From positions 64,001-128,000 of the forward strand of contig JBGANV010000008.1 in the NCBI GenBank assembly GCA_044222185.1: 64,000 nucleotides of DNA. Direction: 5' to 3'. The translations under genes and the position numbers were made by a program. The notes under the pieces are model-generated. The model made no database searches. It had not been told where the DNA came from and saw only the letters and a list, made by a program, of their open reading frames with translations. This DNA comes from Planctomycetota bacterium (GTDB lineage Bacteria > Planctomycetota > GCA-002687715 > CAIWVZ01). Positions 39,835 through 49,040 of the stretch are shown here, in pieces. The first letter of the stretch is position 1; each line of letters opens with the position of its first letter.

Positions 39835-40431
39835 ATGAACTGGTCACGAAAAAGGGCGACAGGCAAGAAGCCGAAGACGGTACTGCAGGAGCACTCTGCA
39901 AGCCCGATCGCGGCGGTCGCGGAGTTCGCCAAGTACTTCTGGCCGACCTTCGTGGAATGCGGGGGCTGCATCTTCGTCGCGCTCGACGGTCGGCGACCGC
40001 ACATGACGCTTGGAGGGAGAGGACGGCTTGCCACGGCCGTCAAGGCGCGGCTTCGCGAGCGGGGAACAGACCGCACAGGCCTGGAATCGAGCGACCACCA
40101 CCACATCCTCGACTTCTTCGGTCAATTCGGGTCAGTGTTCGATGCTCGCCGCACGCGCGTGCGAATGCGACATCCGCACTTCCGCGCTGCCGAGACGATC
40201 GGACGGATCATGGCTCAGTGCTGGGCTGCGAAGCTCCACCAGGACTTTCCCCGGTCCCGGTTTCGGGTCTACTTCACGCTGCGTGACAACCCGATCGTCC
40301 GGTTCCATCGCGTCTACGCCGGGGAGCACTTCTACCTCGACGAGAAAACGTGGAGCCAGGAGATCGCTCGGGGCGATGTCGTGATCATCGACGTCGCTCC
40401 GACCCGCTCGCGTCGCCGTCGGAAGAAGTGA
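39835..40431 (+). CDS. Hypothetical protein
   Basis: 198-aa ORF (FWPTFVE, WAAKL..DFP...F.VY); TACGCT box upstream. Confidence 0.6.
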   Translation: MNWSRKRATGKKPKTVLQEHSASPIAAVAEFAKYFWPTFVECGGCIFVALDGRRPHMTLGGRGRLATAVKARLRERGTDRTGLESSDHHHILDFFGQFGSVFDARRTRVRMRHPHFRAAETIGRIMAQCWAAKLHQDFPRSRFRVYFTLRDNPIVRFHRVYAGEHFYLDEKTWSQEIARGDVVIIDVAPTRSRRRRKK

Positions 40432-40534
40432 TCGCTCGGGCGCACTCGCGGTCATGGCCGAGCCGCGCCGATCCAAGAAACGAATACGCTGCGGATAGGC
40501 TCGGTGGCGGTCGCCTCTCTACGCGCTGAAGCGG

Positions 40535-40815
40535 TCGGGCCGAGGAGCGCCGGTCCTCGGCCGTCTCGGCGGGGACTGGCCGGATCGCCGCGGGTCTCGC
40601 GCGGTCCGGCGTGCGTCAATCCGCGGGCGACCCGATGATGACCGTCACCCGTGCCGTGCATTCGCGGCGACTCGCCCGCGTTCACACGGACCGCATGATC
40701 GTCTCGAGTTCCGACGCGCGATCACGTCGGCCGGACCGGTCCCCCTCGCTATCGCTCGGGTGGACCGGCGATCCGGCCACTCGTCCTCGCTATCGCTCGG
40801 GTCGAGTGGCGCTCC
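40535..40815. repeat. 120-bp direct repeat right copy plus D-type element, forming an inverted doublet
   Basis: A element 40544-40610 (+). D element 40731-40815 (-) has two stems that each enclose CCTCGCTATCGCTCGGGT (40744 and 40785). Confidence 0.88.
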
Positions 40816-40829
40816 GCCGAGGGCCGGAC

Positions 40830-41330
40830 TCAGTGCCCCGTCGGCTGCGCGTGGGCGGCGCTCAACATGGCGCTCAGGCACAGCGAGGCAGCGAGGAGCG
40901 TGCAGACCACGAGCGCGTTGAGGAAGATCGAGAGGCGGTTGCTGTGATCGAACCGCTCGCGGATGAAGGGGTTCTCGTCGGTGCCGGCGCTGCTTTGAAG
41001 GCGCTCGCGCAGACCGAGCGAGCGCGGCTGCACGACGATGCCCGCGTAGAGCGAGATGGCCTCACCGACGGCGGTGAAGACCATGAACGCGATCGTGTTC
41101 GGCCGCATGTCCGCATTGCTCAACGCGCCGAGCGAGCCGAAGAGCATGAGGAACCCGCACGCGTAGCTCAAAAGGTAATAGAAGCGCCCGATGGAGTTCA
41201 GGTTCTCCGCGACCTTGCCGCCGACGAGTCCCTTGCTGAAGACCGGGATCACGACCCACCAGAAGAACACCACGGACCCGAGCCAAAGGGCGAGGCCGGT
41301 GACGACGGCAAAGAGGCCGAGGAGGGTCAT
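40830..41330 (-). CDS. DUF4149/TMEM205-like membrane protein
   Basis: LWLGSVVFF..VVIP.VF motif, 4 TMs, RFDHSNRLS..LN. Confidence 0.75.
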   Translation of the reverse strand: MTLLGLFAVVTGLALWLGSVVFFWWVVIPVFSKGLVGGKVAENLNSIGRFYYLLSYACGFLMLFGSLGALSNADMRPNTIAFMVFTAVGEAISLYAGIVVQPRSLGLRERLQSSAGTDENPFIRERFDHSNRLSIFLNALVVCTLLAASLCLSAMLSAAHAQPTGH

Positions 41331-41351
41331 GACGCGGAGAGTGTATGCGCG

Positions 41352-42830
41352 TCAGGGCTTGGAGCCCACGGCGGCCTTGGCAAATCCAAACAGCCCCTCG
41401 ACGCCCACGCCGAAGATCGTGGGCCCGAACCCAAGCCAGAGCACCAATGCCGCCAGTCCCATCACGGCCGCGGTGTAGGCTGGGCTGAACTTGGGACGGA
41501 CGGGCTCGGGACCCGTCGGGTGCTTCATGTACATCTCCACGATGACGCGGAGGTAGAAGCCCAGCGAGATCAACGACGTGATGACGGCGATCGTGACGAG
41601 AAGCCAGCACATCGTGGAGTCGCCCACGGAGGCGCGATCGATGACGGCCCCGAACAGACGGAACTTCGCCAGGAACCCCGCAGTCGGCGGCGCGCCGGAG
41701 AGCGAGAGCATGGCGATGCAGAGGCAGACCGCCATGACCGGCTGGCGCCAGCGCAGCCCGGTGATGTCCTGCCACTCGACGCCCTTGCCCTCGGCCGTCT
41801 CGAGGAACCCGATCACGCCGAAGGCCAGGATGTTCGTGAGCGTGTACGCCACGAGATAGAAGACGACCGATTCCAGCGCCGGCGATCCGCCCCCATTCCA
41901 CGCGACGGGGCCCAGCATGAGGTAGCCGGCGTGCCCGATGCTCGAGAACGCGAGCATGCGCTTGATCGACTTCTGCATCAGCGCGCCCACGTTGCCGACG
42001 ATCATGGTGATGCCCGCGAGCCAGCCCATGGCGTGCTCACCGAACTCGTGGACAGCCGGGTTCGCGACGAAGCGGAAGAACGCGGTGAACCCCGCGACCT
42101 TCACCGCCGTCGACATGAAACCCGTGACCGGCGTCGCCGCTCCCTCGTACACGTCGGCCGCCCACTGGTGGAACGGCACGAGCGAGAGTTTGAACGCGAA
42201 GCCTGCCAGCAGGAGCGCGAAGCCCGTGCTCGCCAGTCCGTTCTTGCCGATGAGCGCCGCGGCGGTGGCGACATCCAGGTGCCCCGTCGCGCCGTAGAGG
42301 AGCGCGATGCCCATGATGAACAGGCCCGAGGCGAACGACCCCGCGAGGAAGTACTTGGCACCAGCCTCGATGGCGGCCTCGCGCCGCCGCACGAATGCCG
42401 AAAGCACGTAGAGCGCGAGCGACATGATCTCCAGGCCGAGGAACAGCGTGACGAGGTGGTCGGTCGTGACCATCACCACCATGCCGGCGGCGCAGAAGAG
42501 GAGCAGCGCATAGAACTCGGCGAAGTTGGCCTCGGCCTTCTTCAGATAATCACCGGCGAGGATGATCGTGGCGAAGGTCGCAACCAGGAGTACCTGGCCG
42601 ACGGCGAAGCCGAGCGAGTCCGCGAGGGCGAAGTCCTGGAAGTGGCGGCCCTTCCCCCCAGGCTGAAGCGCCATCATGGAAATCAGTGCACACAACGTGG
42701 CGAGAGCCGCGAGCCCCGGCGCGAGCGGCGACGGGCCCGTCGGCGACGCCTTCTTCGTGCCCGCGAACATGACGGCGATGGCGCCGCCGCACAGGAACAA
42801 GAGAGGCAGGGAGAATTGGAAGTCGCTCAT
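41352..42830 (-). CDS. nuoN: NADH-quinone oxidoreductase subunit N
   Basis: FLGLEIMSL, EAGAKYF, FKLSLVPFHQW..DVYEGA and KRMLAFSSI motifs. Confidence 0.96.
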   Translation of the reverse strand: MSDFQFSLPLLFLCGGAIAVMFAGTKKASPTGPSPLAPGLAALATLCALISMMALQPGGKGRHFQDFALADSLGFAVGQVLLVATFATIILAGDYLKKAEANFAEFYALLLFCAAGMVVMVTTDHLVTLFLGLEIMSLALYVLSAFVRRREAAIEAGAKYFLAGSFASGLFIMGIALLYGATGHLDVATAAALIGKNGLASTGFALLLAGFAFKLSLVPFHQWAADVYEGAATPVTGFMSTAVKVAGFTAFFRFVANPAVHEFGEHAMGWLAGITMIVGNVGALMQKSIKRMLAFSSIGHAGYLMLGPVAWNGGGSPALESVVFYLVAYTLTNILAFGVIGFLETAEGKGVEWQDITGLRWRQPVMAVCLCIAMLSLSGAPPTAGFLAKFRLFGAVIDRASVGDSTMCWLLVTIAVITSLISLGFYLRVIVEMYMKHPTGPEPVRPKFSPAYTAAVMGLAALVLWLGFGPTIFGVGVEGLFGFAKAAVGSKP

Positions 42831-42832
42831 GA

Positions 42833-44344
42833 TCAGCGCCCTGTCGTCTCGGTGTGATTCGCGGGGACGATCGTCCGGTGCACGGCAGCGTCGAGGCGCG
42901 CCACGTCGTCACGGATGAAGTCGAGCATGGGTTTGGGTTTGACGCCCGTGAGCAGGATCACGATGGCGAACGGCAGGACCAGGAGCAGCTCGCGGCGAGT
43001 CAGGTCGCGCAGGCCCTCGTTGGCAGCGTGGACGATCTTGCCGAAGAACACGCGCTTCACGGCGAGCAGCATGTACCAGGCACCGAGGATCGCGCCCGTG
43101 ACCGCGAAGGCGGTGACGGCAGGCCAGGCGCTGTAGGCCCCGAAGAGGATGAGGATCTCCCCCACGAACCCGTTCGTGCCCGGCAGCGCGATGCTCGAGA
43201 ACGTCACGAGCAGGAACGCGACGGTGTAGAGCGGCATGACCTTGGCGATCCCGCCGAAGTCCGCGATGAGGCGCGTATGCCGCCGCTCGTAGATGAAGCC
43301 GACGAGGAGGAACAGCGCGCCGGTCGAGATGCCGTGGGCCACCATCTGCACGACGCCGCCGGAGATGCCCGTCTGCGTCAGAGAGAAGATTCCCAGCGTC
43401 ACCATGCCCATGTGTGACACCGACGAGTACGCCACGAGGCGCTTCAGGTCGGGTTGGACCATGGCGACGAGCGCGCCGTAGATCACCCCGATGACGGAGA
43501 TGACCATCACCGTCGGCGCCAGCGCGCGCGCGGCATCGGGGAAGAGCGGCATGGCGAGCGCGAGGAATCCGTAGCCACCCATCTTCAGGAGCACGCCGGC
43601 CAGCGCGATGGAGCCCGGCGTCGGCGCTTCCGTGTGCGCGTCCGGCAGCCACGTGTGCACGGGGAACAGCGGCAGCTTGATCGCGAACGACAAGCCCATG
43701 CCCACGAAGCACCAGGTCTGCTCGCGCAACGTGAGGTGGAGCGTCTGCCAGTCCTCGATGAGGAAGCTCGGCGAACTGGGATGCTCGGCGCGATAGCGGA
43801 GGTAGACGTACGTCAGGCTCACGAGCATCGGCAGCGAGCCGACCATCGTGTAGATGAAGAACTTGACCGCGGCGTAGATGCGGCGATGTCCGCCCCATCG
43901 CCCGACGATGAACAGCATCGGCAGCAGGAGGAGCTCCCAGAACACGAAGAACTGGAAGACGTCGCGCGCGGTGAGCACGCCGATCATGAAGGACTCGAGC
44001 AGCAGGAACCAGAAGCAGAAGTCCCGCAGGCGATCCTCGATCGAGGACCACGAAGCCTTCAGCGTCAGCGGCGCCAGGAAGGTGGCGAGAACGATCAGGA
44101 CGAGCGAGATCGCGTTGACGCCGACGGCGTAGCGGATGCCGAACGTGGGCACCCACTCGCCGGCCGTGAAGTAGCCGATGCCGTTGGACGCCGGCTGGAA
44201 GTTGGCCACGAGGAGGAGCGAAAGGACGAACGTGAGCCCCGTGCCTGCAAGGGCGAGCCGACGAACCTTCGCGACCTCGTCCTTCTTGACGAACAAGAGG
44301 GCGATCGCCACGAGCAGCGGGAGGTATGTCACCAGGTGAAGCAT
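42833..44344 (-). CDS. nuoM: NADH-quinone oxidoreductase subunit M
   Basis: FFVFWE, KFFIYT, HTWLPDAHTEAPT and KRLVAYSSVSHMG motifs. Confidence 0.97.
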   Translation of the reverse strand: MLHLVTYLPLLVAIALLFVKKDEVAKVRRLALAGTGLTFVLSLLLVANFQPASNGIGYFTAGEWVPTFGIRYAVGVNAISLVLIVLATFLAPLTLKASWSSIEDRLRDFCFWFLLLESFMIGVLTARDVFQFFVFWELLLLPMLFIVGRWGGHRRIYAAVKFFIYTMVGSLPMLVSLTYVYLRYRAEHPSSPSFLIEDWQTLHLTLREQTWCFVGMGLSFAIKLPLFPVHTWLPDAHTEAPTPGSIALAGVLLKMGGYGFLALAMPLFPDAARALAPTVMVISVIGVIYGALVAMVQPDLKRLVAYSSVSHMGMVTLGIFSLTQTGISGGVVQMVAHGISTGALFLLVGFIYERRHTRLIADFGGIAKVMPLYTVAFLLVTFSSIALPGTNGFVGEILILFGAYSAWPAVTAFAVTGAILGAWYMLLAVKRVFFGKIVHAANEGLRDLTRRELLLVLPFAIVILLTGVKPKPMLDFIRDDVARLDAAVHRTIVPANHTETTGR

Positions 44345-44360
44345 GGATTCTCCGCCGTCG

Positions 44361-46397
44361 TCAGGCCAGGAGGGTCAGAAGCATGACGAGCACGCCCAGG
44401 ACCATCCACGTGAGGTAATTCTGGATCGACCCGTCCTGCACGAGCGAGACGACCGAACCCATCCGTTTCGCGACCGTTCCGCACCCGTTCACGATCGCTT
44501 CGATGATGCGAACGTCGATTCGCTGATGCAGCGTCTTGTCCGCCGCGTTCCGGAGCGGGTCCACGACCTTCTGCACGTACATCTCGTCGACGCCCCAGAG
44601 CTTCACGAGCCGCGCGTACAGGTTGGGGAACCGCGCGACCATGGCCTCCGGAAGCGCCGGCTTGGCGATGTAGTAGCGGTGCGCCATGCCGATGCCGAGG
44701 ATGGCCAGCATGATCGAGAGCAGCATGAGCGCTTGCTCGATCACGGTCGTCGCTGGCGAGTGCTCGACGGCATGCGCATGGCCGATCTTCGCGATCACCG
44801 GCTCGAGGTAGTGCTCGAAGCGGTTGTGCCCCCCGAGGACCTCGGGAACGGCGAGGAACCCGATCACAGTTCCGCCGAGCGCCAGCACCATCAACGGGAT
44901 CACCATGGCGCGCGGAGATTCCTTGATCTCGTGGAACGCAAGCGCGTGGTGTTCGCCGTGATCGTCATGGCCGTGCCCGTGGTCGCCGTGCGCGTGAGCG
45001 CGCTTCATGCCGCGGTACTGGCCGCCGAACGTCATGAAGATGAGGCGGAAGGCGTAGAAGGCCGTGCACGCGGCGCCAACGCTGCCGAGGGCCCACGCGA
45101 AGAACCCGACCCCACCCCGCTCGTAGGCACGCCAGAGGATCTCGTCCTTCGAGAAGAACCCGGAAAGCGGCGGGATGCCGGCCATGGCGGCGGCGCAGAT
45201 CATCATCGTCGCGCAGGTGATGGGCATGCGGTCCTTCAACCCGCCCATGCGGCGCATGTCCTGCTCGTGGTGCATCGCGTGGATCACCGAGCCAGCGCCG
45301 AGGAACAGGCACGCCTTGAAGAAGGCGTGTGTCACGAGGTGGAACACGCCCGAACCGATGGATCCGGTCCCAACGCCGATGAACATGTAACCGAGCTGCG
45401 ACACCGTCGAGTACGCGAGGACTTTCTTGATGTCGAACTGGACGAGCGCCATCGAGCCCGCGAAGACGCACGTCAGCGCGCCGACCGCCATCACGACCGC
45501 CTGGGCCGTCGCGCTCATGGCGAAGAGGGCATTCAGGCGGGCGATCATGTAGACGCCTGCGGTCACCATGGTCGCCGCGTGGATCAGCGCCGACACCGGC
45601 GTCGGGCCGGCCATGGCGTCCGGGAGCCACACGTAGAGCGGAATCTGCGCCGACTTGCCCGTGGCGCCGATGAAGAGGAGGATCGCGATCGTCGTCGCGA
45701 CGGAGAATCCGAGCACGCCCGAGGAGGCCTCAAGGGCCGTCGTCAGCGCGCCCGACTCGATCTGCTGATGGATGCGAGCGAGGTCGAGAGTCCCGGCCGT
45801 CTTCCACAAGAGGAAGCCGCCGAGGAGGAACGCCGCGTCACCGATGCGATTGACGACGAATGCCTTCAGGCCGGCCTGCGCCTTCTCGGCGTCCGTCCAC
45901 CAGAAGCCGATCAGCAGGTACGAGCAAAGCCCGACGCCTTCCCATCCGATGAACAGGACGAAGAGGTCGCCGCCGAGCACGAGCACGGTCATGAAGAACG
46001 TGAACAGGTTCAGGCACGCGAAGTAGCGGGCAAAGCCGCCATCGCCGTGCATGTAGGCGACCGAGTACAGATGGATCAGCGAGCCGATCCCCGTGATCAC
46101 GAGGAGCATCACGGCGGTCAGATGATCGACGCGGAACGTCAGGTCGATCGACACGTTGCCGGCGGCGATCCAGTTCCACAGGTGGGCCTCGATGCGCCCG
46201 GCGTGCTGGCCGGGAGAGTCCAGGCCGAGGAACAGGGCGACGGCGCACAGGAAGGCGACGGCCGGCGCCGCGACTCCCGCGATGCCCAGACGTTTCTCGC
46301 ACCACGGGCCCTTGGTGGTCGAGCGCGCGGCGAAGAACGCCTGGAACGCCGCGCCCAAGAGGAGCACCGACGGGATCAAGACGATGAGCGTTTCCAC
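44361..46397 (-). CDS. nuoL: NADH-quinone oxidoreductase subunit L
   Basis: GWEGVGLCSYLLIGFW, KSAQIPLYVWLPDAMAGPTPVSALIHAATMV and THAFFKA motifs. Confidence 0.97.
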   Translation of the reverse strand: METLIVLIPSVLLLGAAFQAFFAARSTTKGPWCEKRLGIAGVAAPAVAFLCAVALFLGLDSPGQHAGRIEAHLWNWIAAGNVSIDLTFRVDHLTAVMLLVITGIGSLIHLYSVAYMHGDGGFARYFACLNLFTFFMTVLVLGGDLFVLFIGWEGVGLCSYLLIGFWWTDAEKAQAGLKAFVVNRIGDAAFLLGGFLLWKTAGTLDLARIHQQIESGALTTALEASSGVLGFSVATTIAILLFIGATGKSAQIPLYVWLPDAMAGPTPVSALIHAATMVTAGVYMIARLNALFAMSATAQAVVMAVGALTCVFAGSMALVQFDIKKVLAYSTVSQLGYMFIGVGTGSIGSGVFHLVTHAFFKACLFLGAGSVIHAMHHEQDMRRMGGLKDRMPITCATMMICAAAMAGIPPLSGFFSKDEILWRAYERGGVGFFAWALGSVGAACTAFYAFRLIFMTFGGQYRGMKRAHAHGDHGHGHDDHGEHHALAFHEIKESPRAMVIPLMVLALGGTVIGFLAVPEVLGGHNRFEHYLEPVIAKIGHAHAVEHSPATTVIEQALMLLSIMLAILGIGMAHRYYIAKPALPEAMVARFPNLYARLVKLWGVDEMYVQKVVDPLRNAADKTLHQRIDVRIIEAIVNGCGTVAKRMGSVVSLVQDGSIQNYLTWMVLGVLVMLLTLLA

Positions 46398-46399
46398 GA

Positions 46400-46699
46400 T
46401 CAGCCCTTCAGGTCCGAGATGCTCTGCGCATCGACCGCGTGCTTGTGTCGATAAATCGCGATCACGAGGCTCAGTCCGACGGCCGATTCAGCAGCCGCGA
46501 GAGCGAGCACGAGGAAGAACAGGACGTGTCCCGATACCGAGGCCCACACGCGGGCGAACGTGATCAGCGCGAGCGCCGCCGCGTTCAGCATGAGCTCGAT
46601 CGAGAGGAAGATGACGAGGAGGTTCCGCCGCGTCAGGAATCCCAGGACTCCCGTGGAGAACATGATCGCGGCGACGATGAGGAATGCGCGAGGTTCCAA
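46400..46699 (-). CDS. nuoK: NADH-quinone oxidoreductase subunit K
   Basis: RRNLL..SIELMLNA and AAAESAVGL motifs; TTG start with GAGGAG RBS. Confidence 0.95.
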   Translation of the reverse strand: MEPRAFLIVAAIMFSTGVLGFLTRRNLLVIFLSIELMLNAAALALITFARVWASVSGHVLFFLVLALAAAESAVGLSLVIAIYRHKHAVDAQSISDLKG

Positions 46700-46709
46700 G
46701 TGGATCTCC

Positions 46710-47210
46710 TCAGTTCAGCCGCTTCTTGGCGATGACGACGGCGCCGACGACGGCCACCAGGAGAAGCACCGACACGAGCTCGAACGGGTAGACGAACGTC
46801 TCGAACAGCTCGTGCCCCGTGGATGCGACCGAGCCGAAGTCGGCGGGAAGCGTGTGGGCCTCCTCGATCTCCACCTTCGATGCGAGTCCGATGAGGACTG
46901 CCGCCAGGGGGATGACGAGGAAGGTGGGCCAGAAGCGGTCTTCGCGGACGTCGGGTCGATGATCGAGCTGATCCTCGGGCATGTTCAGGAACATGATCAC
47001 GAAGATCACGAGCACCATGATGGCGCCCGCGTACAGCATGATCTGCAGCGCCGCAGGGAACGGCGCCGATTGCAGCGCGTACAGGCCCGCCAGGCCGACG
47101 AACGAGACGACGAGACTCAGCGCGCACGACATGGGGCGCTTGCGCGTGACGGCGAACGCGCCGGCGCAGGTCGCGACGAGCGCAAACACCCAGAAGAGGA
47201 TCTTCTCCAT
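46710..47210 (-). CDS. nuoJ: NADH-quinone oxidoreductase subunit J
   Basis: QIMLYAGAIMVL and PFELVSVLLLVAVVGAV motifs. Confidence 0.95.
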   Translation of the reverse strand: MEKILFWVFALVATCAGAFAVTRKRPMSCALSLVVSFVGLAGLYALQSAPFPAALQIMLYAGAIMVLVIFVIMFLNMPEDQLDHRPDVREDRFWPTFLVIPLAAVLIGLASKVEIEEAHTLPADFGSVASTGHELFETFVYPFELVSVLLLVAVVGAVVIAKKRLN

Positions 47211-47731
47211 CACTTGCCCCCGATGCCGGGCCGGTACCCGCCCGGGGTCGCTGGCTCGTGCGACAGAAGCCGGGCCTTGTCGTAGATGAACGTCGACCGC
47301 TCGTAGGCGGGCATGGGGAACATGCCGGTGTCCATGCGGATCGCGTCGCACGGGCACGCCTCGACGCACAGGCCGCACTCGACGCACTTCAGCAGGTCGA
47401 TGTCGAAGCTCGCCGGGTACTTCTCGATCTTCCGATCGGGATACTCGGCGGCGACGATGTGGATGCAGCCCGCCGGGCACGACGTCGCGCAGCACATGCA
47501 GGCGGTGCACTTGGGCGCCCCGTCGGCGTGCTTCGTCAGCCGGTGAACGGCGCGAAACCGCGTGGGGAACGGGTTCTTGATCTCGGGGTAGCCGTGGGTC
47601 GGCATGCCCGACGGCTTGCGCAGGTTCCGCCACAGATGGCGGAACGTGATCCCGAGCCCCTTCAGGATCTCGACGAGGTAGACGCGCTCGCTGAACGGGC
47701 CGCGCTTCCGAATGTCTTCCATCAAGCCCAT
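47210..47731 (-). CDS. nuoI: NADH-quinone oxidoreductase subunit I
   Basis: [12 protein letters not shown] and [12 protein letters not shown] 4Fe-4S motifs. Start may be 47722. Confidence 0.95.
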   Translation of the reverse strand: MGLMEDIRKRGPFSERVYLVEILKGLGITFRHLWRNLRKPSGMPTHGYPEIKNPFPTRFRAVHRLTKHADGAPKCTACMCCATSCPAGCIHIVAAEYPDRKIEKYPASFDIDLLKCVECGLCVEACPCDAIRMDTGMFPMPAYERSTFIYDKARLLSHEPATPGGYRPGIGGK

Positions 47732-47744
47732 GCAGTGGCTCCCA

Positions 47745-49040
47745 TCACGAGAACGCCTTCACGAGAAGTCCGGTGACGAACAGGTTGGCGATGCCGAGCG
47801 GGAGGAGGATCTTCCACCCGAGCGCCATCAACTGGTCGTAGCGGAAGCGCGGGGTCGTCCACCGCACCCAGACGAACAGCCAGCAGAAGAACAACGCCTT
47901 CGTGGCGAGCACGAGGAACTGGATGACGGCCGTCCAGACGCCGGCGGCGCTGACGCCGAGGCCGCCCGACCAGAAGATGATTCCGGCGAGGGCGGCGAGC
48001 GCGGGGCCGAATCCCAGGAGGACCGACAGGACCTTGCCTTCGCGCGCGCGCGCGTCTGTCCAGCGCTTCTTGTTGCGCTTGTCCCAGGAGAGGAGCTTCC
48101 AGCCGATGAAGGCACCGCCGAGGAGCACGAACCACAGGATCACCTTCAGAACGGCCGAGGCGTGATCGGGCTGAACGAGCCACTCGTGCGACACGTACGG
48201 GATCTGCCAGCCGCCGAGGAAGATCGTCGCGATGATCAACGACTGCACGACGATGTTCACGTACTCGGCCATGAAGAAGAGCGCGAACTTGAACGAGCCG
48301 TACTCCGTGTGGAAGCCGGCGACGAGCTCGGACTCGCCTTCCGCCAGGTCGAACGGGTTGCGGTTCGTCTCCGCGAACGCCGACACGAGGTAGAGGACGA
48401 AGGCGACCGGCTGGAGGAAGAGGCCCCAGCGCGGGAGCACCAGGAGGAACGTGTCCCCCTGCGCCTTCACCATGTCGTTCAGATTGGTCGAGTTGTAGAC
48501 GAGGAGCGCGCCGACGATCGCCAGCCCCATGGAGATCTCGTAGGAGATCATGGATGCGGACGCGCGCAGTCCGCCGAGCTGCGCAAACTTGTTGTTCGAC
48601 GCCCACCCGGCCAACGCCACGGCGTACACGCCGACCGAACTCACGGCGAGCGTCAGGAGAATGCCGATGTTGGCGTCGATCGCCTGCACCGTGAAGATCG
48701 ACCCGTCGTCGAATCGGATCGAGTGCGCGTAGGGGATGACGGCGCCCACGAGCAACGAGCAGAACATCGCGAGCCCGGGAGCCAGCACGTAATAGAACCG
48801 GCTCACGTGGTACGGGATGATGTCCTCCTTGCGGAGGAGCTTGATCATGTCGGCGAAGTTCTGGACGACGCCGGCGAGGCGCAGCCCGATGCCGGGGATG
48901 AACGCGCGATTCGGCCCCGTGCGGTCCTGGATGAACGCCGAGCCCTTGCGCTCGAGGTAGATCATCACGGGCAACATCTGGAGTACGAAGAGCGCCGGGA
49001 TGAGTGCCTTGAGCAGGATGGCGAGGATGCCGAATTCCAT
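47745..49040 (-). CDS. nuoH: NADH-quinone oxidoreductase subunit H (with C-terminal insertion)
   Basis: [38 protein letters not shown] and PRFRYDQLM motifs. Confidence 0.96.
   Translation of the reverse strand: MEFGILAILLKALIPALFVLQMLPVMIYLERKGSAFIQDRTGPNRAFIPGIGLRLAGVVQNFADMIKLLRKEDIIPYHVSRFYYVLAPGLAMFCSLLVGAVIPYAHSIRFDDGSIFTVQAIDANIGILLTLAVSSVGVYAVALAGWASNNKFAQLGGLRASASMISYEISMGLAIVGALLVYNSTNLNDMVKAQGDTFLLVLPRWGLFLQPVAFVLYLVSAFAETNRNPFDLAEGESELVAGFHTEYGSFKFALFFMAEYVNIVVQSLIIATIFLGGWQIPYVSHEWLVQPDHASAVLKVILWFVLLGGAFIGWKLLSWDKRNKKRWTDARAREGKVLSVLLGFGPALAALAGIIFWSGGLGVSAAGVWTAVIQFLVLATKALFFCWLFVWVRWTTPRFRYDQLMALGWKILLPLGIANLFVTGLLVKAFS

Noticed and set aside
38391-40815. Classical integron or IS/composite transposon
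   Set aside because: No tyrosine recombinase or transposase; no recognisable attC RYYYAAC/GTTRRRY ends; cargo genes are in mixed orientation.
44945-45000. His-rich segment in NuoL
   Set aside because: His-rich loops at this position are common in NuoL proteins.
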